Positions 32,694-42,998 of a DNA stretch of 64,000 bases are shown in pieces. Below the pieces are notes generated by a model. It was not told where the DNA came from and ran no database searches. It saw nothing but the letters and a program-made list of their open reading frames with translations. The DNA lies in the NCBI GenBank assembly GCA_046295615.1, contig JBKBMV010000016.1, positions 3,703-67,702 on the forward strand, read 5' to 3'. The first letter of the stretch is position 1. The number at the start of each line of letters is the position of its first letter. The position numbers and the translations under genes are program-made. This stretch comes from Aquabacterium sp. Lineage in GTDB: Bacteria; Pseudomonadota; Gammaproteobacteria; Burkholderiales; Burkholderiaceae_C.

Positions 32694-34535
32694 ATGGCCC
32701 TGCCGCCCAACACCACGCCCACCACTGCGCCCCGATTGATCGGGCGCTTTGAGCTGCGTCAGATGATTGGCCGCAGCCATGCGTCCAGCACCTGGTTGGC
32801 CCATGATCCCCGCCTGGAGCAGGACCTGTTGTTGTGCGTGCCTCGGGCGCTGCCCACCACCAACAGCGAGCGGGATGCCTGGACCCAAGACGTGCTGTCG
32901 GCCACACGGCTGAAGCATCCTCGCCTGGCCGAGGTGATTGAAATCGGCGTTCACGAAGGCTGGCCCTTCGTGGCCTGTCAGCGCAATGGGCCCACCCTGC
33001 AGGAGCGCGTCATCGCCGGCTCGCCCTTGACCCCGGTGGAGGTGGCCCAACTCACGGTGGATGTGCTGGAGGCCATGGCCTACGCCCATGAAGCCGGCGT
33101 GGCCCACCGCGATCTGGGCTTGCACAACATCACCCTGGACAGCCAGGGCCATGCCCAGATGGCGGGGCTGGCCGTGGGCCTGGAGCCCTTGAGCCCCAAC
33201 CAGGCCACTCGCCCGCTCAGAAACCGGCAGGAAGCCCGAGAGGCCGCAGAGCGAGACCTGTTGATGGTGGGGCTGTTGATGTACCGGCTACTGGTCAACC
33301 AACCGCCCCTGGACGAGCCCGATCTGGGGCGCGCGGCCAAACGGGTGGGCGCTGAAATCGTGCGCCTGCCCTGGACCACGCCGCACCCCGTGCCGGACAC
33401 TCTGCGCTCCATCGTCAATCGGGCCACCGATCGGCAACAGCGACAGCGTTACTTGAACGCGCGCACCTTGTTGAGCGCATTGCAGGGATGGATCAAGACC
33501 AACTCTGACGAGGGTGGTGGCCCCTTGCTCTTGCTGCTGGATCGCTTGAACTCGGTGGGCACCTTGCCGGGTCGATCAGGCACCGAGCGCGCGCTGGTGG
33601 CGTCTTTGTCGCAAGAAACCCTGCGGGTGGACGACTTTGTCGACATTATCGTCAGGAACCCCGCACTGGTGTGGGAGATGCTGCGATCGGTCAACACGGC
33701 GGGGTACCAAAGCCGCAGCGCGGACGAGGGCACGACCACGTTGTCGCGCGCAATCATGTTGCTGGGTCAAAACGGTATTCGCAAGGTGGCGGGCGTCTTG
33801 CGCCCCTGGCCGGGTGTGCTGGCGGCACAGCAAAGCCGCTCTGCGGATGAGGGCGCCGCCTGCATTGCTGCCTTGGACCGTGAACTCTGGCTGTGCAGCC
33901 TGGCGGGGCACATCGCGCGGCTCATGGCGCCGTTTTCCATCCATGATGAAGAGGCGGCGGCCGTGGCCATGTCCCAGCGTCTGGGGTGGTTGCTGGTGCT
34001 GTACCACTTTCCCGACGAGGCCGCCCAGATCCAGCGCCTGATGCAACCTGGACCGCCGGCCACACCTGGCGGTGCGCCGACCCCTGGGATGAACCTGGAG
34101 GCCGCGTGTGGCGCTGTGCTGGGCATCAATCTGGACGACCTGAGCGCAGCGGTGCTCAAGCACTGGGGTCTGCACGAGCGTCTGATCAAGGCGGCGCGGC
34201 CCCTGCCGCTGGGCACCCCGGTACGCAACCCCACCACCCCGGAAGAAACCGTGCGGGTGGTGGCCAGCCTGGGCAATGAACTGGCCAACTGCCAACGACT
34301 GCCCCTAGAGAAGCAGCCTGCCGCCATCCACCAGACGTATCTGCGTTATGTCAGGGCTCTGCAGTTGACGCCCAAAGAGTGCATGATCACCCTGGATCAT
34401 GCGGTGCGCTTGCTGGACGGCCGCCAGACCGATCCCGAGGTGGCAGCCCAGCGAGCCGCGGCCCGCGCCGCTGCCAAGGCTGCTGCTGAGGGGCAGACGC
34501 CACCAGGCTCAGCCGCCGCGAAGCCGACCGCCTGA
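32694..34535 (+). CDS. Ser/Thr kinase-like (probable pseudokinase) and HDOD domain protein
   Basis: IGRFELRQMIG, LKHPRL and HRDL kinase remnants; HDOD-like NPALVWEMLRSVN...TLSRAIMLLG and HWGL. Confidence 0.82.
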   Translation: MALPPNTTPTTAPRLIGRFELRQMIGRSHASSTWLAHDPRLEQDLLLCVPRALPTTNSERDAWTQDVLSATRLKHPRLAEVIEIGVHEGWPFVACQRNGPTLQERVIAGSPLTPVEVAQLTVDVLEAMAYAHEAGVAHRDLGLHNITLDSQGHAQMAGLAVGLEPLSPNQATRPLRNRQEAREAAERDLLMVGLLMYRLLVNQPPLDEPDLGRAAKRVGAEIVRLPWTTPHPVPDTLRSIVNRATDRQQRQRYLNARTLLSALQGWIKTNSDEGGGPLLLLLDRLNSVGTLPGRSGTERALVASLSQETLRVDDFVDIIVRNPALVWEMLRSVNTAGYQSRSADEGTTTLSRAIMLLGQNGIRKVAGVLRPWPGVLAAQQSRSADEGAACIAALDRELWLCSLAGHIARLMAPFSIHDEEAAAVAMSQRLGWLLVLYHFPDEAAQIQRLMQPGPPATPGGAPTPGMNLEAACGAVLGINLDDLSAAVLKHWGLHERLIKAARPLPLGTPVRNPTTPEETVRVVASLGNELANCQRLPLEKQPAAIHQTYLRYVRALQLTPKECMITLDHAVRLLDGRQTDPEVAAQRAAARAAAKAAAEGQTPPGSAAAKPTA

Positions 34536-34551
34536 AACGGTCAGGGGCAGT

Positions 34552-35586
34552 TCAGCGCTTGAGGGCCAGCGCGCACTCGCGCACCAGGTCGGGCCCCTTG
34601 TAAATCAAGCCCGTGTAGATCTGTACCAGATCCGCACCGGCGTCCAGCTTGCTGCGCGCGTCGGCGGCGTTCATCACGCCACCCACACCGATGATGGGGT
34701 ACCGGGTGCCCAAGGCAGCTCGCAGTTGGCGAATCACCTGGTTGCTGGCTTGCAGCACCGGGGCACCGCTGAGGCCGCCAGTTTCCTCGGCATGGGGCAG
34801 GCCCTTAACGGCATCCCGTGACAGGGTGGTGTTGGTCGCGATCACGCCGTCAATGCCGTTCTTCTCGAGGGTGGTGGCGATCACGCCAACCTGGGCTTCA
34901 TCCAGATCGGGCGCGATCTTGACGAACATGGGCACCGTGCGGCCATACTGCTGGATGAGTTGCTGGCGGCGCTCTTGCAGGGTGCCGAGCAGGGCGTCCA
35001 GCGCCTCATCGCTTTGCAGCGTGCGCAGGTTCTTGGTGTTGGGGCTGGAGATGTTGACCACCACGTAATCCGCGTGGGGATACACGCCGTCCAGGCAGAT
35101 CAGGTAGTCGTCCACTGCGTTCTCGATGGGCGTGGCCGCGTTCTTGCCAATGTTCAGGCCCAGGATGCCGCCATTGGCACGGAACTTGGCTTGCTTGACG
35201 TTGGCCAGAAAGCTGTCCAGGCCCTCGTTGTTGAAACCCAGGCGGTTGATCAGGGCGTTGGCCTGCGGCAGCCGGAACATGCGCGGCTTGGGGTTGCCCG
35301 GCTGGCCCTTGGGCGTGACCGTGCCCACCTCGACAAAACCGAAACCCATGGCGCCCAGACCATCGATCACGCGGCCGTTCTTGTCCAGCCCGGCGGCCAT
35401 GCCAATGCGGTTGGGGAAGCGCAGGCCGGCCACCTCCACCGGGTCGTCCACGCGGCGTGCGCCCCACAGGCAGGCCAGGGGGGTGTTCTGGAACTGGGCC
35501 AGGGCACCGATGGTCAGGTCGTGGGCGGTTTCCGGGTCCAGATTGAACAGGATGGACTTGGGGAGTGCGTAAGGAATCAGGGCCAT
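34552..35586 (-). CDS. pyrD: Quinone-dependent dihydroorotate dehydrogenase
   Basis: AAGLDKN, NRLGFNN, NISSPNT and GGLSGAP motifs. Confidence 0.97.
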   Translation of the reverse strand: MALIPYALPKSILFNLDPETAHDLTIGALAQFQNTPLACLWGARRVDDPVEVAGLRFPNRIGMAAGLDKNGRVIDGLGAMGFGFVEVGTVTPKGQPGNPKPRMFRLPQANALINRLGFNNEGLDSFLANVKQAKFRANGGILGLNIGKNAATPIENAVDDYLICLDGVYPHADYVVVNISSPNTKNLRTLQSDEALDALLGTLQERRQQLIQQYGRTVPMFVKIAPDLDEAQVGVIATTLEKNGIDGVIATNTTLSRDAVKGLPHAEETGGLSGAPVLQASNQVIRQLRAALGTRYPIIGVGGVMNAADARSKLDAGADLVQIYTGLIYKGPDLVRECALALKR

Positions 35587-35699
35587 GGCCGTGTGGATCA
35601 GTGCAGGGCAGGTAACCAAGTATTGTCGCGCATTCGGCGACCAAGGCCTGTGGCAAACTGCGCCCCCGCTGTGTGTGCGACTCTCGACGAGGTAATCGC

Positions 35700-38048
35700 T
35701 TGGACAAAATCCTGATGCAAATTGCGGCCGAACTGAAGGTGCGGCCAGCCCAAGTCAATGCAGCCGTGGAGTTGCTGGATGGGGGAGCCACGGTGCCCTT
35801 CATCGCCCGCTATCGCAAAGAGGCCACCGACGGCCTGGACGACACGCAACTGCGCGATCTGGAGGCCCGACTGGGCTACCTGCGCGAGTTGGAAGACCGC
35901 CGTGCTGCCGTGCTGAAAAGCATCGACGAGCAAGGCAAGCTGACGTCCGAACTGCGGGCCGCCATCGAGGCCGCACCCACCAAGCAAGAGCTGGAAGACC
36001 TGTACCTTCCGTACAAGCCCAAGCGCCGCACCAAGGGGATGATCGCCCGCGAGGCGGGCCTGGGACCCTTGGCCGACAAGCTGTTTGCCGACCCCTCACT
36101 GGACCCTGTGGCCGAGGCCGCTGCCTTCATCAATGCCGAAGGCGGCTTTGCCGATGCCCTGGCTGTGCTGGATGGCGTGCGCGACATCCTGTCGGAGCGC
36201 TGGGCCGAAGATGCGGCCCTGGTGGGCAAGATGCGCGACTGGCTTTGGGAAGAGGGGCTGTTAAAGTCCAAGCTGATGGACGGCAAGGACGAGCACAACC
36301 CGGACGTGGCGAAGTTCCGCGATTACTTCGACTACGACGAGCCCATCCGCACGGTGCCGTCTCACCGGGCACTGGCGGTGTTTCGCGGGCGTGCGCAAGA
36401 GATTCTGGACGCCAAGCTGGTGCTGGATGAAGAGGTGGTGCCGGGGCAACCGACCTTGGCCGAAGGGCGCATCGCCCACTACCTGGGCTGGCGCCATGCC
36501 AAGCGCCCCTCAGACGAACTGATCCGCAAGACCATCGCCTGGACATGGAAGGTCAAGCTCTCGCTGAGTCTGGAGCGCGATCTGTTTGCCCGCCTGCGCG
36601 AGCAGGCCGAGGCCACCGCCATCAAGGTGTTTGCCGAAAACCTGCGCGATCTGCTGCTGGCCGCGCCGGCCGGCAAGCGCGTGGTGATGGGCCTGGACCC
36701 GGGCATCCGCACCGGAGTGAAGGTGGCCGTGGTGAGCGACACCGGCAAGGTGCTGGACACCAGCACGGTGTATCCGCACGAGCCCAAGCGAGACTGGGAA
36801 GGCAGCATCCACACCTTGGGTCGGCTGTGCGCCCAGCATGGCGTGAGCCTGATCGCCATCGGCAACGGCACGGCCAGCCGCGAAACCGACAAGCTGGCGG
36901 CCGACCTGATCAAGCGCATCCAGCAGATGGCACCGGGTACGCCCATCGAAAAGGTGGTGGTGAGCGAGGCCGGAGCCTCGGTGTATTCGGCGTCCGAGTT
37001 CGCCAGCAAGGAGCTGCCCGAGCTGGACGTGAGCCTGCGCGGCGCCGTGTCGATTGCCCGCCGTGTGCAAGACCCGCTGGCCGAGCTGGTGAAGATCGAC
37101 CCCAAGAGCATTGGCGTGGGCCAGTACCAGCACGACGTCAACCAGAGCGAGCTGGCTCGCACGCTGGATGCCGTGGTGGAAGACTGTGTGAACTCGGTGG
37201 GCGTGGACCTGAACACTGCCTCGGCGCCGCTGCTGGCGCGGGTCTCAGGCCTGAACACAGCCGTGGCCAACAGCATCGTGCGCTGGCGTGATGCCAATGG
37301 CGCCTTCCGCAATCGCAAGCAGTTGATGGACGTGGCCGGCCTGGGTGCCAAGACCTTCGAGCTGGCGGCAGGCTTTCTGCGCATTCGCGATGGTGACAAC
37401 CCGCTGGACCTGAGCGGGGTACACCCCGAAACCTACCCCGTGGTCGAAAAGATGATCGCCTTCACCGGCAAGCCGATTGGCGAGCTGATGGGCCGCAGCG
37501 ATGTATTGCGCACCCTCAAGCCGGAGGCCTTTGCCGACGAGCGTTTTGGGGTCATCACCGTCAAGGACATCCTGGCCGAGCTGGAAAAACCCGGCCGCGA
37601 CCCGCGCCCCGACTTCAAGGTGGCCCGCTTCAACGATGGCGTGGAAGACATCAAGGACCTGAAGGAAGGGATGGTGCTGGAGGGCACGGTGAGCAACGTG
37701 GCCCAGTTTGGCGCCTTCGTGGACCTGGGCGTGCACCAGGATGGCCTGGTGCACGTGAGCCAGTTGGCCAACAAGTTCGTCAGCGACGCCCGCGAGGTGG
37801 TCAAGACCGGCGATATCGTGAAGGTGAAGGTGCTGGAGGTGGACCTGGCCCGCAAGCGCATCTCGCTGACCATGAAGATGGACGCGCCCACAGGCGCCAA
37901 GGCACCCGGGGCAGGGCGGGACAACAGCTTCAAGCCCGCGGCGCGCAACGAACGCATGGGTGGTGCAGGGCGCGGTGCGGCGGCCCAGCCCGCGCAAGGG
38001 CAGTCTGCGATGGCGGCAGCGTTTGCGAAGCTGCAGACCAAGCGCTGA
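35700..38048 (+). CDS. tex: Tex family RNA-binding transcriptional accessory protein
   Basis: [30 protein letters not shown] and an S1 domain; TTG start after GAGG. Confidence 0.96.
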   Translation: MDKILMQIAAELKVRPAQVNAAVELLDGGATVPFIARYRKEATDGLDDTQLRDLEARLGYLRELEDRRAAVLKSIDEQGKLTSELRAAIEAAPTKQELEDLYLPYKPKRRTKGMIAREAGLGPLADKLFADPSLDPVAEAAAFINAEGGFADALAVLDGVRDILSERWAEDAALVGKMRDWLWEEGLLKSKLMDGKDEHNPDVAKFRDYFDYDEPIRTVPSHRALAVFRGRAQEILDAKLVLDEEVVPGQPTLAEGRIAHYLGWRHAKRPSDELIRKTIAWTWKVKLSLSLERDLFARLREQAEATAIKVFAENLRDLLLAAPAGKRVVMGLDPGIRTGVKVAVVSDTGKVLDTSTVYPHEPKRDWEGSIHTLGRLCAQHGVSLIAIGNGTASRETDKLAADLIKRIQQMAPGTPIEKVVVSEAGASVYSASEFASKELPELDVSLRGAVSIARRVQDPLAELVKIDPKSIGVGQYQHDVNQSELARTLDAVVEDCVNSVGVDLNTASAPLLARVSGLNTAVANSIVRWRDANGAFRNRKQLMDVAGLGAKTFELAAGFLRIRDGDNPLDLSGVHPETYPVVEKMIAFTGKPIGELMGRSDVLRTLKPEAFADERFGVITVKDILAELEKPGRDPRPDFKVARFNDGVEDIKDLKEGMVLEGTVSNVAQFGAFVDLGVHQDGLVHVSQLANKFVSDAREVVKTGDIVKVKVLEVDLARKRISLTMKMDAPTGAKAPGAGRDNSFKPAARNERMGGAGRGAAAQPAQGQSAMAAAFAKLQTKR

Positions 38049-38072
38049 GCACGACCTCATCCCAGGGTGCCC

Positions 38073-38882
38073 ATGTCAACTCGCCGCTTCAGCCTGACGC
38101 GCCGCCAAATGCTGCTGCGCGTTCAGGGGCGGCTTCAGGATGACGGCTTCCCGCGTCTTCAGATGTCACTGCTCGTGGTGCTGACAGGCGGTTTTGGTCT
38201 GCTGTCATCGTTCGGTTTGTTGCAGGCCGGGCTGGCCAGCATGGCACTGCGGTACCCATCGGCGCTGGCACTGGCGTATGTCTTTTTCTTGCTGCTGCTG
38301 TGGATGTGGTTGCGCTGGCGTGGCGACGACGTCAGACACCTGGCAGACATGGCTGGTCAGACACTCAGCAGCCCCAACAATTGTGGAAGCCATACAGCCA
38401 GGACCCCATTTGAGAGCGGCGAAGGCGGTGAATTTGCGGGAGGTGGTGCCTCAGGCTCGTTCGATACAGGCACCGCAGGCTGGAGACCCGATTCATCGGA
38501 CTTGTCAGGTATCGACAACCCGCCAACGCAGGCGATCAGCGATGCGGCTTCCGCAGTCGGTGAGGCCGATGAACTGGCCATTCCCTTGGCGGTCGTCCTA
38601 TTGACGGCCGGGTTGGCTTTGGCCGTGCTTTATGTGGTGTACATCGCGCCTGCGCTGATGGCGGAGTTGTTGGTTGATGGCGCCTTGTCATATGTACTGT
38701 TCCGGCGCCTTCGTCATGAAGAGCAACGCCACTGGCTGAGCAGCGCCGTGCGCCACACGTGGCTTCCCTTCTTGTTGACGGGGTTGTTCCTCTGCGCTGC
38801 AGGGGCTGGGTTGGCGTGGTTTGCGCCAGGGGCTGAATCCGTTGGTGACGTGATCAGCCATGCAACATCGCATCGGTCCTGA
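38073..38882 (+). CDS. Hypothetical membrane protein
   Basis: Several TM segments around a Gly/Ser/Asp-rich loop (GEGGEFAGGGASGSF). Confidence 0.7.
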   Translation: MSTRRFSLTRRQMLLRVQGRLQDDGFPRLQMSLLVVLTGGFGLLSSFGLLQAGLASMALRYPSALALAYVFFLLLLWMWLRWRGDDVRHLADMAGQTLSSPNNCGSHTARTPFESGEGGEFAGGGASGSFDTGTAGWRPDSSDLSGIDNPPTQAISDAASAVGEADELAIPLAVVLLTAGLALAVLYVVYIAPALMAELLVDGALSYVLFRRLRHEEQRHWLSSAVRHTWLPFLLTGLFLCAAGAGLAWFAPGAESVGDVISHATSHRS

Positions 38883-38963
38883 GCTCTCCTGGCGTCTAGG
38901 GTGCCGCACGGCTGTCTGCCTGATCTGGCAGCTTGACCGTGCCTACAAACCCAGGAGAATCCG

Positions 38964-39446
38964 TTGAAACGCGTGATCATGTACACGCTGATCGGCGGGG
39001 CCGTGTTCTACGCCCACGCCCGCATCAGCTTTTCCGAGCCCAAGGTCATGAACTGGCTCATGTCGCACTCCACCCGAGCCATGTCTGGCGACAGCACGGC
39101 CTGTGACGATTACACGGACGACGTTGACGTGGTTCTGACAGCATCCGGCCGAAGCGGACGCTGGGAGGTGGAGGGCGGCAAGAACGAGTTGTGTGGCTAT
39201 CTGCGACAAGCCGCCGCCTTCACCGTGTTGCAGGCCCAGGTTGAGACCCGGTATGAGGACATCGAGATCCAGCCTGCCAGTTTCCCGTGGATGGCCGCCA
39301 GCGTCAGCTACACCCAGGTCACGAATGTGCGCGCGGGTGGGCTTCCGCCCGTGACGATCGAAACCGTGGACACGCTGACGCTGCGCCGAGGTCTCACGGG
39401 CTTGAAGATCGGTGCTGTCGAGTCAGAGTCCACGGGTGGCCTGTGA
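38964..39446 (+). CDS. Hypothetical anchored/exported protein, possibly NTF2/SnoaL-like fold
   Basis: AGGAG then TTG start; N-terminal hydrophobic segment; helix-then-beta-strand pattern. Confidence 0.65.
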   Translation: MKRVIMYTLIGGAVFYAHARISFSEPKVMNWLMSHSTRAMSGDSTACDDYTDDVDVVLTASGRSGRWEVEGGKNELCGYLRQAAAFTVLQAQVETRYEDIEIQPASFPWMAASVSYTQVTNVRAGGLPPVTIETVDTLTLRRGLTGLKIGAVESESTGGL

Positions 39447-39461
39447 CCATAGCGGTTGAGC

Positions 39462-41837
39462 CTACCGGCGTGCCTCGCGCAGCAAGCGCATGCCATTGGC
39501 CACCACCAGCAGGCTGGCCCCCACATCCGCAAACACCGCCATCCACAACGTGGCCAGCCCCGCCAGCGACAGGCCCAGAAACACAGCCTTGATGCCCAGG
39601 GCCAGGGCGATGTTCTGCACCAGCATGCGGTGGGTCGCCTGGCTGAGTCGGATGAAGCGGGCAATCTTGCGTGGGTCGTCGTCCATGATGGCCACGTCGG
39701 CGGTTTCGAGGGCGGTGGCCGTGCCCGCCGCGCCCATGGCCAGGCCGATGTCCGCACGCGCCAAGGCCGGGCCGTCGTTCACGCCATCGCCCACCATGGC
39801 CACTGGGCCGTGGGTCGATTGAAGTGATTCCACCGCGCGCAGCTTGTCTTCGGGCATCAGCGGCCCACGCGCGTCCTTGATGCCCAGTTGCGCCGCGATG
39901 TGGCGCGCCGTCTGGACGTTGTCGCCAGTGAGCATGACCGGTGTCACACCCAGGGCTTGGAGCTGCACTACCGCCTCGCGGCTGTCGGGCCGAAGCGCGT
40001 CCGACACGGCCAGCACCCCCAGCACGGCGTGATCGTCCATCAGCGCGAACACCGTCTTGCCCTGGTCCGCCAGCTCAGTCATCTGTGCCTGGGTGGTGGC
40101 GTCCGCCAGGCCTCGGGCGCTCAGCAAGCCCAGGTTGCCCAAGGCGACCTGGCGCGGGCCAGCATCGGTGTGCACCACGGCGATCACGCCCTGGCCGGGT
40201 AAGTTCTTGAAGGCCTCCACGCGCCACAAGGGCTGCTGAGCGGCGTGGGGCTGACTGCGCCACGCGGCCACCACGGCGCGGGCCACGGGGTGGGTGCTTT
40301 GCGCATCCAGCGACGCTGCCAGGCGCAAGACCTCGTCAACCGGGGTGCCGGGTCGGCCCACCACATCGCTGAGCATGGGCCGCCCTTGGGTGAGCGTGCC
40401 CGTCTTGTCGAGCGCCACGGCGCGGATCAGGCGCCCACCTTCCAGAAACACCCCACCCTTGATGAGGATGCCCTGACGCGCCGCAGCCGCCAGGCCCGAC
40501 ACCACGGTGACCGGCGTGGACACCACCAGGGCACAAGGGCATGCAATCACCAGCATCACCAGGGCCTGGTACAGCCAGCTTTGCCACGGGTCACCCGTCA
40601 CCACGGGCCCCAGCACCGCCACTGACACCGCCAGCAGCACCACTGCGGGGGTGTACACCCGGGCAAAGCGGTCCACAAAGCGTTGGGTGGGAGCCCGTTG
40701 TGATTGGGCCTGCTGGATGGCGTCGGCCATGCGCGCCATGGTGCTGCGTGCTGCCGTGGCCGTCACCAAGGCTTCTAGCAGCCCGTCTGACACCACAGTG
40801 CCGGCGTACAGCACGTCGCCAGCGCGCTTGTCCACCGGCAGGCTTTCGCCCGTGATGGGCGATTGGTCGACGGCCGCCTGGCCAGACACCACCCGGGCGT
40901 CCAGCGGCACCCGTTCGCCCGCACGGACGCGGATGGTCTGTCCTGCCTGCACGTCAGCGGCGGGCGTGAGCGTCCAGTCGTCTGCCACCGCGTGGCTATG
41001 GTCATGGCCATGACCTGCGGCCGACGATGACGACTTCACCCACGCGGTGTCGGGAGCGTAGGCGGCCAGCGACTGCACGGCCTTGCGTGCGCGCTCCAGC
41101 GAGAGGGCTTCAATGGCTTCAGCCAGAGCGAAGAGAAAGACCACCATGGCGGCCTCGCCCCACTGACCGATGACCATGGCACCCGCCACGGCCAGGGTCA
41201 TCAGGAAGTAGATGTTCAACGTGAAATGCCGCAACGCAATCCAGCCCTTGCGCAGGGTGGGCAGCCCGGCCAAGGCCAGCGACAGCAGTGCCAACACCAC
41301 CACGGGCGCACCACCTTCGTGGCCGGTGGCCCACGCCATGCCTTCTGCCCCTGCCGCGCACAGGCCCGCCGCACCCAAGGCCAACTTGGTGCGCAGTGGC
41401 AAGGCGGGCGGGAGAGGGGTGGGACGGGCCCCCGCCTCCAGCAGACGTGGCGCCATGCCCAATTCGGTCAGGGCCAACTCCAGCGCGCCGGTGTCATTCA
41501 GCCGGTGGTGGATGGTGAGTTCGCGGTCCAGCAGGTTGAAGTCCAGTTGCACCACGCCGGCCATGGGCTCGATCGTCTGGCGGATCAGGCGCTCTTCGGT
41601 GGGGCAATCCATCTGATCGATGCGGTAACGGACCGACGCGCAATCGAGCGGCGTACCGCGCGATGCCGGGCGAGGCTGGCTCAAGCCCTCCGGGACGCAG
41701 CAATCGTCGTGATGCTCATGCCGGTGGCTGTGGGGCGCTTCCGCGCTGGCCGTGGGCGCCGGCAATGGGGGCTGTCCCATCGGTCCCACGGCCCGTATGG
41801 GAATGATCTTGCGGGTGGGGCGGGGTTCGGTCGTCAC
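39462..41837 (-). CDS. Heavy-metal P1B-type ATPase (Zn/Cd/Pb; ZntA/CadA-like)
   Basis: His-rich N-terminus, MDCPTEE, TGES, CPCALV, DKTGT, HP, GDGVND, IKAVF and FADVG motifs. Start is GTG 41837 or ATG 41780. Confidence 0.93.
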   Translation of the reverse strand: MTTEPRPTRKIIPIRAVGPMGQPPLPAPTASAEAPHSHRHEHHDDCCVPEGLSQPRPASRGTPLDCASVRYRIDQMDCPTEERLIRQTIEPMAGVVQLDFNLLDRELTIHHRLNDTGALELALTELGMAPRLLEAGARPTPLPPALPLRTKLALGAAGLCAAGAEGMAWATGHEGGAPVVVLALLSLALAGLPTLRKGWIALRHFTLNIYFLMTLAVAGAMVIGQWGEAAMVVFLFALAEAIEALSLERARKAVQSLAAYAPDTAWVKSSSSAAGHGHDHSHAVADDWTLTPAADVQAGQTIRVRAGERVPLDARVVSGQAAVDQSPITGESLPVDKRAGDVLYAGTVVSDGLLEALVTATAARSTMARMADAIQQAQSQRAPTQRFVDRFARVYTPAVVLLAVSVAVLGPVVTGDPWQSWLYQALVMLVIACPCALVVSTPVTVVSGLAAAARQGILIKGGVFLEGGRLIRAVALDKTGTLTQGRPMLSDVVGRPGTPVDEVLRLAASLDAQSTHPVARAVVAAWRSQPHAAQQPLWRVEAFKNLPGQGVIAVVHTDAGPRQVALGNLGLLSARGLADATTQAQMTELADQGKTVFALMDDHAVLGVLAVSDALRPDSREAVVQLQALGVTPVMLTGDNVQTARHIAAQLGIKDARGPLMPEDKLRAVESLQSTHGPVAMVGDGVNDGPALARADIGLAMGAAGTATALETADVAIMDDDPRKIARFIRLSQATHRMLVQNIALALGIKAVFLGLSLAGLATLWMAVFADVGASLLVVANGMRLLREARR

Positions 41838-41900
41838 AGCCTTGATTGTGACACCAAGGTGTTGGCTCTTGGCCAGTACAGGCTGCGCTATCCTCAGCGC

Positions 41901-42971
41901 ATGAAGGCTTTGCACATCCACGTGGGCGCACGCGCGCGCCAGCACATCGAACGGCACGGGCTTCAGCCTGATGACATTCGCCTGGTGCCTGCGGCCGCAG
42001 GGGGCCCCAAGGGATTGATGCTGATGCATCTGGATCAGCACCTGTTTGGGTACTGGTTGCCGCAGTCTCGACACGACGTGCATCTGGTGGGCGCGTCGAT
42101 TGGCGCGTGGCGCATGGCCACGGCAGCCATGCCTGATGCCGCAGCGGCATTCGCAGCCCTGGCCCATGGATACATCCATCAGCACATCGAGCCGGAGCCC
42201 GGCCGCCGCTTTCCGTCGGCGGCGCGCATCACAGCCGGTTTCACAGAGACATTGCAGGCATTTTTTGGAGAGTCCGTACCAGGCTTGCTGGCCCACCCCC
42301 GGTTCAGGCTGCATGTGCTGACCTCCCGGGGCCGGCAGGTGCTGCACCGAGGCACCCCGGCACGCACGGCCCTGGGATTTGCGGGGCTGGCCATGAGCAA
42401 CACCCTCAGCCGCAAAGCCGTGGGCGCGTTTCTGGAGCGCACGGTGTTTTCTGCGCAAGGGGTGCACCCGCCGGTGCCGCTGAACGACCTGCCCACCCGC
42501 CATGTGCCCTTGACCGCCGACAACTTCATGCCGGCCATGCTGGCCTCGTGCACCATACCCTTCATGCTGGAGGCGGTGAACGACATCCCGGGCGCACCGC
42601 CCGGTGCCCATTGGGATGGTGGGCTGGTGGACTATCACTTTCATTGGCCTTACGCCCAGATGAGCGAAGGCCTGGTGCTGTACCCGCACTTTCAGCGGCA
42701 GGTGGTGCCCGGGTGGCTGGACAAGGGCCTGCGCTGGCGGCACCGCGCCACCCCCTGGTTGAGCAATCTGATTGTGCTGGCGCCCAACCCGGAGTGGGTG
42801 CGCACCCTGCCAGGCGGCAAGCTGCCCGACCGCAGCGATTTCAAGGCCTTGCCACCCCCGCAACGCATGAAAGTGTGGACGCAGGCGGTCGAGCGCTCGC
42901 GGCAGTTGTCGGACGAGTGGCAGCAGTGGCTGGCCCAGGGCTGCCCGGCGGAGGCCCTTCAGCCCCTGTGA
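41901..42971 (+). CDS. Patatin-like phospholipase
   Basis: AAGGPKG oxyanion loop, GASIG nucleophile and DGG motifs. Confidence 0.88.
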   Translation: MKALHIHVGARARQHIERHGLQPDDIRLVPAAAGGPKGLMLMHLDQHLFGYWLPQSRHDVHLVGASIGAWRMATAAMPDAAAAFAALAHGYIHQHIEPEPGRRFPSAARITAGFTETLQAFFGESVPGLLAHPRFRLHVLTSRGRQVLHRGTPARTALGFAGLAMSNTLSRKAVGAFLERTVFSAQGVHPPVPLNDLPTRHVPLTADNFMPAMLASCTIPFMLEAVNDIPGAPPGAHWDGGLVDYHFHWPYAQMSEGLVLYPHFQRQVVPGWLDKGLRWRHRATPWLSNLIVLAPNPEWVRTLPGGKLPDRSDFKALPPPQRMKVWTQAVERSRQLSDEWQQWLAQGCPAEALQPL

Positions 42972-42998
42972 TGGGGGCAGCTTGGCTACACTGTGGGC

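Noticed and set aside
41226-41900. Long N-terminal extension of the patatin
   Set aside because: Overlaps the ATPase on the opposite strand; ATG 41901 fits better.
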